DNA of 63,473 nucleotides, the filler included, from Olpidium bornovanus S191 (Eukaryota; Fungi; Olpidiomycota), in the NCBI GenBank assembly GCA_017911155.1. It is 29 parts of 29 records of this genome, joined end to end, with 100 filler letters (N's around TTAATTAATTAA, not from the genome) between each part and the next. Parts side by side here need not be neighbours in the genome. Positions count along the whole stretch, not along the records: positions 9,995 to 11,663 come from JAEFCI010011388.1; positions 11,764 to 13,488 come from JAEFCI010003376.1; positions 13,589 to 15,159 come from JAEFCI010001495.1; positions 15,260 to 17,375 come from JAEFCI010004797.1; positions 17,476 to 19,326 come from JAEFCI010001138.1; positions 19,427 to 20,710 come from JAEFCI010003880.1; positions 20,811 to 22,856 come from JAEFCI010011627.1; positions 22,957 to 24,177 come from JAEFCI010011264.1; 21 more parts are not named here. One strand, given 5' to 3'. A program made the position numbers and the translations under genes. Positions 11,361-23,523 of this stretch are shown in pieces. The notes under the pieces are model-generated. The model was not told where the DNA came from. It did not search any database and was given only the letters and a program-made list of their open reading frames with translations. How positions within the stretch are numbered: the stretch's first letter is position 1; each line of letters opens with the position of its first letter.

Positions 11361-12415
11361 GAGCAATCACCTTGCAAAGAGGGAAATCTGTCCTGGGATT
11401 GAACGCAGGGCTGTTGCTTTCGGGAACTCCGCCAAAAATTATATATTCTGTCTCTGTTTTTTTCCCCCGTTTTGGTGAACACTGGCGCCTCTCCCAAAGA
11501 AGCTTTCCTTGCGTTCCAATAAGCTTCTTGGGCTGTGCGACAGGCGATGTTAGATCCGAGTTCCTAATAATCTGCTTACAGAACTTGGGGCCGAACTCCA
11601 TATTCCCTGGCATTCGGTACCCGTTTCCAAGTATAGGTCGTCGAATGTCATAAATTTTCATGANNNNNNNNNNNNNNNNNNNNNNNNNNNNNNNNNNNNN
11701 NNNNNNNTTAATTAATTAANNNNNNNNNNNNNNNNNNNNNNNNNNNNNNNNNNNNNNNNNNNNCACAGGGTCGGTTCTCCGTACGACGGGGGCGCGCGGA
11801 GAGCCGAGTGGTCCGGAGGTGCGGGCCAGATTGTCTCTTTTACTTTGAAATGCTGACACTTCATAATCCCCCTCGGCTGGCATGTATGCCAAATGTCGTC
11901 CAGATGCGCTGTTTTTGTCGAACAGGGAAACGAATTCTTCCCAATCTTTTCAGTAAATATTTAACAAAAAAAAAGTAAAAGAACGAAAAAAACCCCCAAC
12001 GCCGACCTCTCTGTTCTGCGAACAGAAACAGGAGTCCTGTAATCGACCGTGGGGCCGATGTCGTTATTTGGAATCGCATTTCTCGGACGGGACTCAAACA
12101 GTTCCTTTCTTTCCAGCAGAAAAAGAAAGGTGCGGTGCGGTGCGGGGAGGAGGTGGTGGGGAAAGTGGGAACGGGGTGGGGGGGGAGGACGGGTTAACCG
12201 GAGAGCCAACAAATCTCCCCTCCCCCATCGTATCAGCCGCGGCCAACGCGGCCGAGGCCTCCCAAAACGCCCCGATCACTCAATAAAACTCGGAAGTCGG
12301 GTTACTTTCGCGTCAGAAAAAAGGGACCCAAAACGCCGGGACTTCCCGGCGACTGAAACCGCCGCGACGAATTGGAAGAACGAAGGCGGGGAGGAGGGGG
12401 GGGGGGGGGGGGGGG

Positions 12416-12456
<41 letters not shown>

Positions 12457-13588
12457 AGGGAGGAGAGGAGAGAGGCGAACATCATCGGGGCGCGAGGGGA
12501 TTGATTTTGGGGGGGCGGCGCATGGTCGCAACGGATCGGGCTGCCAATCCGGGTACGACGCGAAAGTCCGGTTTGTTTCAGCGGAATTGGGGGCGGGGAG
12601 GAAGGGGGCGGGCACAAAGGATGATAGGAGCGTCGTCAAAATGATCGCCGGAGAACGGGGCGTCCGCACTGCGGTGGCGCTTACCGTGACCCGTTAGCAG
12701 AGTGACAATTCCGTATGAGAAAAAATTGCGAACTTACTAATAGATGTTTCCGGAATTCTCGCGTCGAGAAGCCGGCGGCGATAACCGGGGGAGATAATTC
12801 CCGCAAGACTACAAACCTGACGGTTCGGGGAGTAACGATTACGCTTACATAAACATCAGAATCGGAACTCATATTTACATCAGAATTGGTTTTACCGGAG
12901 CGGCGGTTGCGTAATTGAACAGAACGCTTGATCGAAATTCGCTTGGCGAGCTGATCGTCACGCGTGAGGGGAGGGGGGGAGGGACCGGGGGCCTCCACCC
13001 CACCCCCTTCCCCGCCCCCACCCGCGCCCTCAAGGCGGTCAGGGGTGGCGCTCGGCCTCGCGGGATTCGCTGACCGCGCCGCCCGCCGCCGGAGCTGTAC
13101 GCAAGGGGGTGGGCTCACCTGCAGCACGGCTCGCCCCCTCGCCGCCATCCGACGTCGATCCTCGAAGCCGCAATGGGTTCGCGGCGGTTTGGGCAGAACC
13201 GCTCCGCGGACTTCCGCGCCCTGGGCCACGCGGGCGCCGCCTCCGCCCAGGACGCGTCCGCGTCCGGCCGCCGCCTCAGTCCGTCTCGCAAGCGCGCGCA
13301 GTCGGAACCGGCGTTCACGGGCCACATCCCTCCCCCCCCCCCCCCCCCCCCCCGCCCCCCCCCCCCCCCCCCCCCCACACCCCCCCCCCCGCCCCCCCCC
13401 GCGCCCCCCCCCCCCCCCCCCCCCCACCGCCCCCGCCCCCCCCCCCCCGCACCCCCCCCCCACCCCCCCCCCCCCCCACGCCCCCGCCNNNNNNNNNNNN
13501 NNNNNNNNNNNNNNNNNNNNNNNNNNNNNNNNTTAATTAATTAANNNNNNNNNNNNNNNNNNNNNNNNNNNNNNNNNNNNNNNNNNNN

Positions 13589-14313
13589 CATGACACGACG
13601 TCGTTGTGCTCCGCCGAGGTCGCGGACCTCCGCTCCAAAATATCCGTCGTGTTGTGGTTCTCCTCTTGGTTAACAGCCTGGAACGCCCGGACCTTTCCGT
13701 GGTACCCGGCGAGGATCTGCTGTCTGCGGGAGTTGAAAGCGAGCGAGTAGATTGGAGCGTTCGTCTGTGTGGATCGCAGGCGGGGCGGTCAAAACGCCGC
13801 GCCACGACCGCGTAGGCACTAGACGACGCAGAATTACAAACCGACCTCGACCTTCTGTATCATCTTCCCGTTGGCGCTCCACGCAATAAGGAAGCCGTCC
13901 ACAGAACAGGAAAACAACGTTTTCAGCTCCTTGCTGCACGGAAGCGCGTCGTTGGTTATGACTCGACATTCTCGAGCTGCCGGTTTCTCGACCGCTCGGC
14001 AAAAAGGTCCGTGCTTACCAGTAAAGGAGGTTGGTCACCCAACCCTCATGCTCACATAGCGTATTAACGCATTTGCCAAACTCGCTCTCCCAGACTTTTA
14101 TCGTGGTGTCTTGTCGTGATGCGCCGGAGGCGATTGTCAGATTGACCAGCAGCGCAATGTCCTGTCACCACTTCACCTGCCTAGAACATCTTGAATGGGC
14201 AGCGCAATACCTTCTGATCCCGTGTAAAGTTCTCTCCGCACCGGGTTGTACATCACGCACAACACAGCTTTCGAGTGCGCATCGTGTATGACCTGCTTGT
14301 ATTCCATCGCCAT
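13589..14313 (-). CDS. WD40-repeat protein, 5' part (exons 14313-14211, 14109-14019, 13933-13846, 13764 to gap)
   Basis: Manual splicing keeps frame: MAMEYKQVIHDAHSKAVLCVMYNPVRRELYTGSEDTTIKVWESEFGKCVNTLCEHEGWVTNLLYCKELKTLFSCSVDGFLIAWSANGKMIQKVETNAPIYSLAFNSRRQQILAGY...HNDVVSC, giving successive WD repeats. Not present in the ORF track. Confidence 0.85.
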
Positions 14314-15334
14314 CTTGGCGAGGGGCGACTGCGCTCAGAGGAAGAAGACAAAGCGGGGATTTCTGCCTGTTGGTTCTCGCGGGGACGACAGCCAGCGGGC
14401 GGCGGAGGAGGACGAAGGCCTTGATCGCTGCAAACGTCCCCATAGCAACGCGTGGAGGGGCGGCGGTGTGACGGTGGGCGACGTAGGCGGGTCAAGATAA
14501 CGGCGGAGTGGGAAATGTGACCATCTTGGGGCCGCTGCTGGGGTTGTTTCCGTTCCGTGCGGTTCGTGCATCGTTGCTCGTCCCCATCCCCGCCTTAGGT
14601 ACCGCAACGGTAACGGTCGACGGCTGCCCGTCGTGCATGCGCCGCATGGGCAAACCTCACGACGTCGCGGCGTCGCCCGGGCGTGCGCGTTGATACCGAA
14701 AGGGTGCAGCAGGGGCTCGCGCCATATTGCCACCCGGAAGGCACGGGACGTCGGCCGATCCCCGGCTTCTCGCCGCCGGATGCCGGTTAAGGCACTGAAT
14801 ACGGTTAGGATGCCCTCGCGAAGTAACACTCTTCCGGGCCTCGCAACAGCTTATGAGTATTGCCCTGTGGCAAGGTATTCCGTACGAAGCCGTCGGGCGT
14901 TCGGCCTACGGTTACCGACGGTCTGCATTGAATAACTTAAGTCCATCGAACGATCCGTCCTCTCCGGCCGCGAGACAGTGGGGGACGTGCATTGCTGCAA
15001 CGCAGTCCAGATCGCGCGGAGCAGCCAGACGTTATAACACAAGGCGTTCTTCCGGTTGGCAAGCGGGGCCCTCCTCGGCCGGCAGTTCATCCGTCACGAC
15101 GTTCCGCCTGCATGACGGCAGGCAAGGCGACGCGCGCGACGACGGCTAAGATGTTCCCCNNNNNNNNNNNNNNNNNNNNNNNNNNNNNNNNNNNNNNNNN
15201 NNNTTAATTAATTAANNNNNNNNNNNNNNNNNNNNNNNNNNNNNNNNNNNNNNNNNNNNTCATGACTTTTTCTTGCTGCAAGCTGACGTAATGTTCTTTT
15301 ATTCTTTGCTGTACAAAAAGTCTTCGATTCACCA

Positions 15335-15952
15335 GCGGCCGACGGGCGAGGCCCTCAAATCGAGCGGCCTGACACCGCTGCTGACCGCCCCGCTGTATTA
15401 TGTTCAAAACCTCCCATCCCCCAGCGCCTTTTACCCGGATTTCTTTGGGAACGGCGGTGGCGAGCTCCCGAGCCCGCTTACTTTCACCGGCAACACGCCG
15501 ATCGCTGGCCGGGGCGAGAGGGTGTACCAGTGGCCGGTCGCGCTGCCGAGTCTCAAGAGCGTGGTGGCGGAGGAGTCGTCAGATTTCGCGAAGTTCGAAC
15601 CAAAAGGGTGGGGGTTCACCTTCCAAATCCGAAGGCCGGCAAAATTTCTTTGACAGTTGGTAATTTGGCGGAAAGCTCTGATCCCTTTTGCCCCTCCGGC
15701 GGGGTTCCCTCGCCGCCGTCGGGCCAAAGCAGGTCGGCGGAGCCCGCACACGCCACGGACGCGCCTTTGCAACGCAGGCCATCGTCGTCCTCCCGATCGA
15801 CCGCTTCTACGGCCGCCGCTCCCACCGCTACCGCGACGAACCCTGTTACGATCACCTCTGCAGCAGAGAAGTCCACCAGGACGGGCGCGCTGCGAGAGAG
15901 CGACTTTACAGATCCGGACCGCGTGTTCAAGAAGGCGAAGGTTGAGGCGTAG
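15335..15952 (+). CDS. RLM1: C-terminal part of a MEF2-type MADS-box transcription factor (Rlm1/RlmA-like)
   Basis: QNLPSPSAFYPDFF...ELPSPLTF resembles the conserved fungal Rlm1 C-terminal LPSPSxFYP/LPSPLxF motifs; the ORF ends KKAKVEA*. The MADS box itself is not in this contig. Confidence 0.6.
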   Translation, partial: AADGRGPQIERPDTAADRPAVLCSKPPIPQRLLPGFLWERRWRAPEPAYFHRQHADRWPGREGVPVAGRAAESQERGGGGVVRFREVRTKRVGVHLPNPKAGKISLTVGNLAESSDPFCPSGGVPSPPSGQSRSAEPAHATDAPLQRRPSSSSRSTASTAAAPTATATNPVTITSAAEKSTRTGALRESDFTDPDRVFKKAKVEA

Positions 15953-16767
15953 GTTGTTTTCTATTTTTTTTTTCTTTTTTTTTGTTTTGCCGTTCTCCTG
16001 TTTTTATCCCTCCATCCCCCCTTCCCCCCCCAACCCCCCTCCCCCCCCCCGCAACCAACCTTCTATGTTCGTCAGATAGGGTTGATACACTGGCCACCCC
16101 CATAATCTCCAACGTCATCATTTTTCTGCTTATTTAGCTCCCCCATCACGCCACGTGACCTTATGTTATAAACCGTCGGTATTTTTTTTTTTTTGGGGTT
16201 CCATCCCGCGGGCCGACCATTTTTTTTCCCACTGCTCTCCTGTTTCTTATCTGCCTATTTTTGCCGGTTCCGCTTTTTGCACTCGTGGTAGCTTGGTCAT
16301 CGTTCCTCGCTTCCATTCTCTTGCTGTTCTTGTCCACGGAAAAAAGCATAAAGACAGGTAAAAGAAAAAAGAAAAAGAAAAAAAAAACAAAACAAGAAAT
16401 AACGGTATCCGGCAACGGGGTAGTAATCGATATTTTCCGATTCAACGCTGTGTGAGGTTACCCGGTCAAAAAGTTCGTGCGTTGATCAAAATCTGCTAAC
16501 CAGCGGCAATCTAGGGGGCAGCAAGGCCGCGTCGTACGTTTCCGGGTAAAAGCCCGTACGTGGGGTTTTTTTGCCACCACCGCGTTGCCAGGGAACCAGC
16601 GAAGATAAGCAGGCCGGATTAGATTTCACTCGGCAGTAAGTTGAGTTCGAATGTAAACGGCACCATCGGCGCTGCCGGTGTGATTTTTATTTTCTGGCGC
16701 GCCATCGGTCCCTTGCTGTTGATTTCGGCGTCAACTAGACAACAACGCCGCTTTTGTTTGTTTTTTT

Positions 16768-16798
<31 letters not shown>

Positions 16799-17554
16799 GG
16801 GAAGGCCGGGGGAACAAAGTCTTTATTGACAGACGCGGGAGCGTGGTCTGGTGTCAATATATTGGGAGACTACGTCTAGCTCAAGATTCTTTCTGGTACA
16901 AGGTCTGTTTTCTGGGTTCTAGAGGTCTGTTACGCTTGTCAGCGGCTCTATTTATGTGTGTACGCGGACGCGGACTTGTGCGTGGACGTGTGCGTGCGGG
17001 CGTGGAAGCCCGTGTGTGCGTTTGCCGCGTGTGTGTGTATGTCCGTGCATGTGTGTCACTGAGCGGGTTGACACATCGACGGGACGCTGTGGCCTGACAA
17101 AGGTCCCTCAGCTGGCTCTCACAGCTGGAACAACGTAGTGAGTGGCTGTCCCCGGGGGTGGGGCAAGGCCGCACGGTGTGGGAGACCGTGACCGCGGACG
17201 CATATGGGCACGCGTGAGTCGGTGTGCGGATTTTCGACGAGCGGTGACCTCATTGACGGTTCGAGGTCGTTCAGCGGAAGGCGCGAGGGATAAAGGCTCC
17301 TGCGTCCTTGCGTTTTACCTTGGCCCAATATTCGCGAAGGGTGTCATGCGTTGTGAACGATGTGGCGGGTATCCANNNNNNNNNNNNNNNNNNNNNNNNN
17401 NNNNNNNNNNNNNNNNNNNTTAATTAATTAANNNNNNNNNNNNNNNNNNNNNNNNNNNNNNNNNNNNNNNNNNNNCCCCCCCCCCCATCCCTCCCGGAAC
17501 TCTCGGTCGAACGGACCGCAACACTTGAAAAACATTAAAAATGTAAAAATTTAC

Positions 17555-18529
17555 GCAGGAAGCTGATTCCAGAGTAATCCAGGATGGCCAGGAACTCGTA
17601 GCTTTTGGGGTTCGCGTGACAGTTGAACGTGTGGAACATGGTGCTGCAGAGGAAGCACTGCGCCACGGAGCCCAGGTAAAGCAGCAGGATGATCCGATCA
17701 ATCTCCGTGGAATCCGGCGAAATTTCCACCGATGCCGTCCAGCCGAGGAACGTGAAGCACAGGCAACCTATGAGATGGGTCCAGATGTTTGCTGCCGCGC
17801 CACCGTCGCGGCACCTGCTGGGATCAGCACAACTGGGGGAAAGGGGTGGGGGAGGGAGAGAGGAGATCGCCGCGTGCCAGGGGCCGATCGGGAAGACAAA
17901 AACCGGCGGGCCAAAACATAACATCTTTGCCGGAAAACGACGGGAGGGGTATTGGAAGGGGGGGGGGGGGGGGGGGCGGCGGGCGTAACCAGGTGAAGCA
18001 TCCCCGCCCCCGTACCTGTTTCGTTATGCACGTCAAAAACGCTGATGGCGCATTCCGAGACGCTGTAGAACGCGCGGTAGCCGGTTACGATGTCATGGTT
18101 ATCTTGGAGATGAAACGGGACTTGGTCGTACGTGTAGCAGCTGAGCCCGAAGACGACGGACCGGTTGCGCGGGGCCGGGATGCGCGGCACGACCTCTGCG
18201 GTGCGCCGCGACGGCCCGGCCCGGCGCCCCGCCGCCGCGAGGCCGGCGGCGGTCTTCTTCTCCTGTTGGACTATCCGAAAGGACGACGGCCCGCCGGGCG
18301 GCGCTTCGGCCGGCGCCCGGGCCGACGCCCCGCCGCCGGCGCCTTCCGCAGCGCGCCGCCCGCCGTCCGCCGCCGCCTCGGGGGTCCCCCTTCGCCGGCG
18401 CTTGGGACCGCGGTCCGCGCGGCACCCTCTCCGAAGGATCCGCCGGCCGGCGGCGGCGGCGGCCGCGGCGTTTCCTCTCGGCGAGCCCGGCGGGCCGTCG
18501 GCGACGCCGCCGGCGCGCACGGAAGCCAT
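17555..18529 (-). CDS. PAQR / Izh / adiponectin-receptor (haemolysin III) family membrane protein, 5' part
   Basis: Motifs PFHLQDNHDIVTGYR...VHNET|ANIWTHLIG...FLCSTMFHTFNCH...LDYSGIS; GT donors at about 18015 and 17554; putative ATG at 18529. Confidence 0.9.
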
Positions 18530-20404
18530 GCGCCGTTTGGCGGCCTTGCGGGGAGGGCGGGGAAGGGGAGAGGGCGAGGAGTCCGCCGCCTCGAAGGGAA
18601 GGGGGGGGGGGGGGGGGAGAGAGCGCGGCGCACTTCCGGTTTCACCTTTGCGAACGCGCCCCGGCGCGGCTCGGTGCACGGCGCGTGGCGGACGCGAGCG
18701 ATGTTTTGTCGGCGTGCTTTCGGCGTTTTGCGTTTTGCCTGCGCGCGCGCGTGCCGCCTTTCGGTTTCGTTTTTTGCGAGCGAAATGAATTTTTGTTTAC
18801 GCGTTTCGTATTGCGACCCAGCCACGCGTCAACAAAAAAAAAATAAAAAAAATAAAGGAACAGATAACAGGGCCGCGGCGTGGCGTGGGGAGCGTCACGT
18901 GGCTCTTCCCCCCTTCCCTCCAACCCGGTTCACAGCGTTACCCCGGGGGCCTGGCTCTCCGTTCCCCTCGGCAGGAAAACAAAAAAAAACAACCGAGGGC
19001 TCGCTCCCTCCGCCGCCAAGACCAACTCGCCGAAAAAGAACTTCCCCCGACGACATGCGCGCATCTGCCAAAAGCAATAGCTGCTGCTGCCGGCGAGCAA
19101 GAGCATATTCCCGGGCTCAACAGGAAGTACAGGGAACGTGCCATTGACTGCAACGATTCCTAGGAATTGACCGGCACGCAGCAATATGTCATGTGGCGCT
19201 CGGCGGCGACCGACGCGCGGTTCTGCCAGTGGAATCACCTGGTGGATAAGAAACGTACATAGTGGATAAGAGCCGTACATAGCCGCGTTGGCGCCGGACT
19301 GGCGCCCGGGTTTTGGTCCCTAAAGANNNNNNNNNNNNNNNNNNNNNNNNNNNNNNNNNNNNNNNNNNNNTTAATTAATTAANNNNNNNNNNNNNNNNNN
19401 NNNNNNNNNNNNNNNNNNNNNNNNNNCATGCAGATCATCCAGCCCAGTTGATGGCAGCAGAATTACGTTTTGCCCGGCGACATTGATGCGTCGCCACAGT
19501 GCAAGAACCTGCCCACTTTGATTTGGAAAAGAGCTGAACCAACCTCACTTCTCCGGCCGGCGATTTGACAGCCGGCGGCGAAAGCAACTGTGGAAATGAA
19601 AAAAAAACAAAAATTTGTTTCAGGACGGCTCTCGACGTCAGATCGGACGATGCGTTTCCGGATATAGTCGCAACCTTGCCACCGCGAGCACTTGAACGAT
19701 GCCGCGTATTCCGGAGAAAAAAAACGGACTGCGGTGTCTCAATAATGCGTATACGTTCCTCGACGGCCCTACTTAATCGTTTTTGCGCTGGGCTCCTCCG
19801 CGGACGGCCGGTTGCCGCTGTTTTCTGCTGTCTCGAGGAGAGACTAGTGCGCGGTCGGGTAAAAATCACGTCTCCCCGCCCGTTTTGCATATGCCATTCT
19901 CCGTGGGAGTTTTTGAGCAGATTCACCTGTCGAAGGGAGGGAGCGCGGCGGGGGAAAACCCTTTGCAGTATTACTTTAGAGCTATTTAAAGTAACGCGCC
20001 GCTTCACCCAAAGTTGGGCGGTGAACGGACGAGACACGAACGAAGAAACGTCGGCGGTTGGCGGGCACCCAGGGATTGTGTCTCCCGGCGGACGGAGAGG
20101 GGCGAGGGGAGGTCAGAATGAGGCGGGGGGACGGGGGGTGGCGGTGAAGAGAGAGGGTGCGCTGCGTCCGGAGGGAGGAAGCCCCTCGCGAAGAACCCAG
20201 AGTTCCGCCTTTCCGCCGTGCGGCACAGAACCCCCCCCTTCCACCCTTCTCGACGCAACTCTCGCGCCCGCTGTAACGCACGCGTGCGTGCCAACCGACC
20301 GACCGCCCGCAGCGTACCTCCTCGTTTGCTCTCGGTCGCGCTGCCGTGCGCACGCCGCTCTGGGGGTGGGGGAGGGGGGGGTGAGCGGGCGGGGAGTCCT
20401 TGCG

Positions 20405-20412
20405 TATAAAAG
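20405..20412 (+). promoter_or_regulatory. Possible TATA box (TATAAAAG)
   Basis: Consensus TATA in an otherwise GC-rich region. No downstream CDS is visible before the gap. Confidence 0.3.
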
Positions 20413-20644
20413 GCAGCGCGCCCTGCGTCGCCTCGAGCGGAAGTCGCCCAAGCAGTGAGAGAGGACAGAGAGCGACGAGAGCAGAGCGACGAGTGCAGAG
20501 CGAAAGACCCCCTGGCCGGCGCCGCAGTCACCAGCGCGCCCCGGCCAGCATTATCCGCGGCCAACAGCATTTCCGCGGCGGCGGACCCCGGCACGCCGTC
20601 AAACTACGCCTACGACGCCAGTGCTGTGATCAACCCACATTAAA

Positions 20645-20704
<60 letters not shown>

Positions 20705-20810
20705 CGCCGANNNNNNNNNNNNNNNNNNNNNNNNNNNNNNNNNNNNNNNNNNNNTTAATTAATTAANNNNNNNNNNNNNNNNNNNNNNNNNNNNNNNNNN
20801 NNNNNNNNNN

Positions 20811-21345
20811 ATTGTGAAGTATTTGGCAATCTGGGACTTCAAAAAACGAAAAGCAGGAAAGCATGTGTACACGGACGGACACGAGCGTGAGGATGTTGTC
20901 GAATATCGGGAGCAATGGTCAAAACGGATGGTGGAATATCAGAAAAAGATGGAGACCTGGGATGGTGACGACATGGATCAATTGGTCAGGCCACAAAGAC
21001 TGGAAATCTGGGACAACAAACACGTCCAGGTTACGCACGATGAATCGACTTTCTACAGTAATGACGGACGAGATGAATTTTGGATGGAGGAGGGAGATTC
21101 GTGGCTCAAAAAAAAAAAGGACAAGGCGGCTCAATTATGATAAGTAACTTTCTGTGGCTTTGTCATGGTCCGCTTCAAGTCACGGAAGAGGAAGCTCGAC
21201 AACACAATTTACCCGACAGGCAAGCTCGGTGCATTATCAAACCAGGAAAAAGTAGGGAGGGCTGGTGGAAAAGCGAAAACATGGTCGAGCAACTCAAAAC
21301 AAAAGCCATTTCGACATTTGCCAAAATGCATCCAGGATGTGTCGG
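20811..21345 (+). mobile_element. Tc1/mariner(IS630)-like DDE transposase fragment split by a frameshift in an A11 run
   Basis: YTDGHEREDVVEYR...VTHDESTFYSND...W (first frame), then KKGQGGSIMISNFL...IIKPGKSREGWW...QLKTKAISTFAKMHPG (-1 frame). These motifs are typical of a DDE transposase family common in early-diverging fungi. Confidence 0.75.
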
Positions 21346-22050
21346 TAAGTTTTTCACGTTCAATTTCCTGCGGTCGCTTGATTTGGTGACTTACGATGCG
21401 CTCGGATCCGATCACATGAGCCCGATCACGATCTTCGCATCCGATCACGTCTTCCGGCCGAACACCAAACGTACTCTAACGCAGGGTGCCATGTTCCTGC
21501 GATGTATTCGATATATCTTCGCAGTACGTTTGGTGTTCGGCCGGATAACGTCAGGACATTTGTGCGGGGTTTTCGTGTTCTTGGAACACATCCTGTCATC
21601 GGCGCGAGGTGTTCTGATATTTGTGCGGGGTGCCTTTGGTGTCCGGTCGGCATCCTGTCGTCCGATGACCTCGCGGGACCTGATTGCCGCTGAGCATCGC
21701 GAGCGGTTCGGATCCGACACCAGGATGACTCTCTGCCATCTCGCGGACGAGAATCCCGAATTTTCCGATCGCGTCGACGAGGTGAGCAAAATCGAAGCGA
21801 GGTCGGGTCGCCGGATGACACCGAGGACGAAACGCGAAAGGTCTCCGGATCGAAGACGGTCGCCGCAGACGGGGTCCAAAACACATCGACTCGTCGAGAC
21901 TCGGCGCGAGTTCATCCGTCTCCAGCTGGAGACCTGCAGACGCCTTTCCTTTCTCGACTTCGTGGCAAGGGTCGCGCGGACGTCCCGATGCAAACGCGAT
22001 CGCCCGGCCGGCCGCGCCGTCACGATTCGTCTTCTGTTCGTCATCTGCCT

Positions 22051-22196
22051 CACCACCACGTTCTCGCACCCATACTTTTGGAGACACCCGGTGTACAGGA
22101 GTCCTGCTCACCGCCACGTTCTCGCACCCATACTTTTGGAGACACCCGGTGTACAGGAGTCCTGCTCACCGCCACGTTCTCGCACCCACACTTTTG
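22051..22196. repeat. 58-bp tandem repeat, about 2.5 copies
   Basis: cacc[a/g]ccacgttctcgcacccatacttttggagacacccggtgtacaggagtcctgct at 22051 and 22109, partial at 22167. Confidence 0.95.
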
Positions 22197-22974
22197 TCTG
22201 CGGACGCCTGAAACTGTTGGCGGAGAACGCCGGACGCCCGAATGCCGTTCGGAGGGTGAAGCATGGCTGAACGCGTAGTCTCAGCGGTGAACACGGCTGA
22301 AAAGCAGTCAAGCCGGCGAACACGGCGTGGACGGCTGAACGCCACAGCCCATGGCGTCGTGTAGCGGTGAAACACACCGTCGGCGCGGCGGACGGCAACG
22401 CACGCGTACGCACGTCGGCTCCGGCTACAAGCTGCACCCTGTTCGGCGACAAAAAAAAAAAAAACAAAAAAAAAGAAGCGAACGGTGCCTTCTGCTCGTA
22501 GCAGCTGAACGCGGTGCGCGGTGAAAGCAGACGGTTAAAAAGCGCTACTCTGTGACTCTGCAAAAAAAAAAAAAAAATAAAAAAAACGAGGGGAATCAAA
22601 CACCATCGTCATCCTGCCATACTTAGTCTCCGTTTACCGGAACAGACTTCCACCTGTTCCTGACGCCAATGCTGATCATTGTCTTAAGCCCCGTACCATT
22701 GAGGAAAACCTGCTCTGCTAAACGCCCCTCTTCTGCTAAACCTCACTCTTTTTCTTTCTCCATTGCAGCGGTTCGGGTCCGCCGCGAAGTCTGCGCACTT
22801 CGTCATTTCTTTTTAAAGAAAAAAAAAATGGTTTCGGTTCCCCGGCCGCTGCCATGNNNNNNNNNNNNNNNNNNNNNNNNNNNNNNNNNNNNNNNNNNNN
22901 TTAATTAATTAANNNNNNNNNNNNNNNNNNNNNNNNNNNNNNNNNNNNNNNNNNNNCGTCACCTTCACTGTCAA

Positions 22975-23385
22975 CCATGGTTCACGCGGTCATCGTCTCC
23001 ATGGTCTCGCGGCCGCCGCCGCGGCCACCTTGGCCGCTTCCATGGTTTCCATGGTTCACGCGGCCGCCGCCGCGGCCGCCTTGGCCGCCTCTGTGGCTCA
23101 CGCGACCGCCGTCACGGCCCCTTGTCCGCCGGGGCGGCCGCCTTGTCCGCCGGGGCGGCCGCCTTGGCCGCCTGCGCGGTTCACGCGGCCGCCGTCACGG
23201 CCCCTTGTCCGCCGGGGCGGCCGCCTTGGCCGCCTGCGCGGTTCACGCGGCCGCCTCCATGGTTCAAGCAGCCGCCGTCGCGGCCGCCTCTGCCGCCTCT
23301 ATGGCTCACGCTGCCGCCTCCGCGGCCCCCCTTGGCCGCTTCCATGGTTCACGCGGTCACCTTGGGCCGCCTCCATGGTCACGCG
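22975..23385. repeat. GC-rich degenerate minisatellite (ggccgcc/ttggccgc/ccatggttcacgcgg motifs; 62-bp and 21-bp periods)
   Basis: ttggccgcctgcgcggttcacgcggccgcc at 23164 and 23226; 21-bp duplication near 23120-23160. Confidence 0.85.
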
Positions 23386-23492
23386 GCGCCTGCTTCGGAA
23401 GAGGTCTCGGAGTTCTCGGAGGAGGGAGAGGTTCTGCCCGCGTGGCCCGCCGAGGCGGTTCTGGGGGAGCGTCCGTGTGGCGTCGTCCCCGC

Positions 23493-23523
<31 letters not shown>

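Noticed and set aside
19435-20458. Long overlapping ORFs (200 aa minus, 297 aa plus)
   Set aside because: No recognisable motifs. Arg/Cys-rich composition is typical of non-coding GC-rich DNA.
22051-22196. CRISPR-like array (also considered for 1469-1555, 6081-6112 and 34132-34178)
   Set aside because: Copies are directly adjacent with no unique spacers, there are no cas genes, and the context is eukaryotic.
21080-22270. 396-aa ORF as one protein
   Set aside because: Only about the first 90 aa are transposase-like. The remainder is read-through of GC-rich and tandem-repeat DNA.
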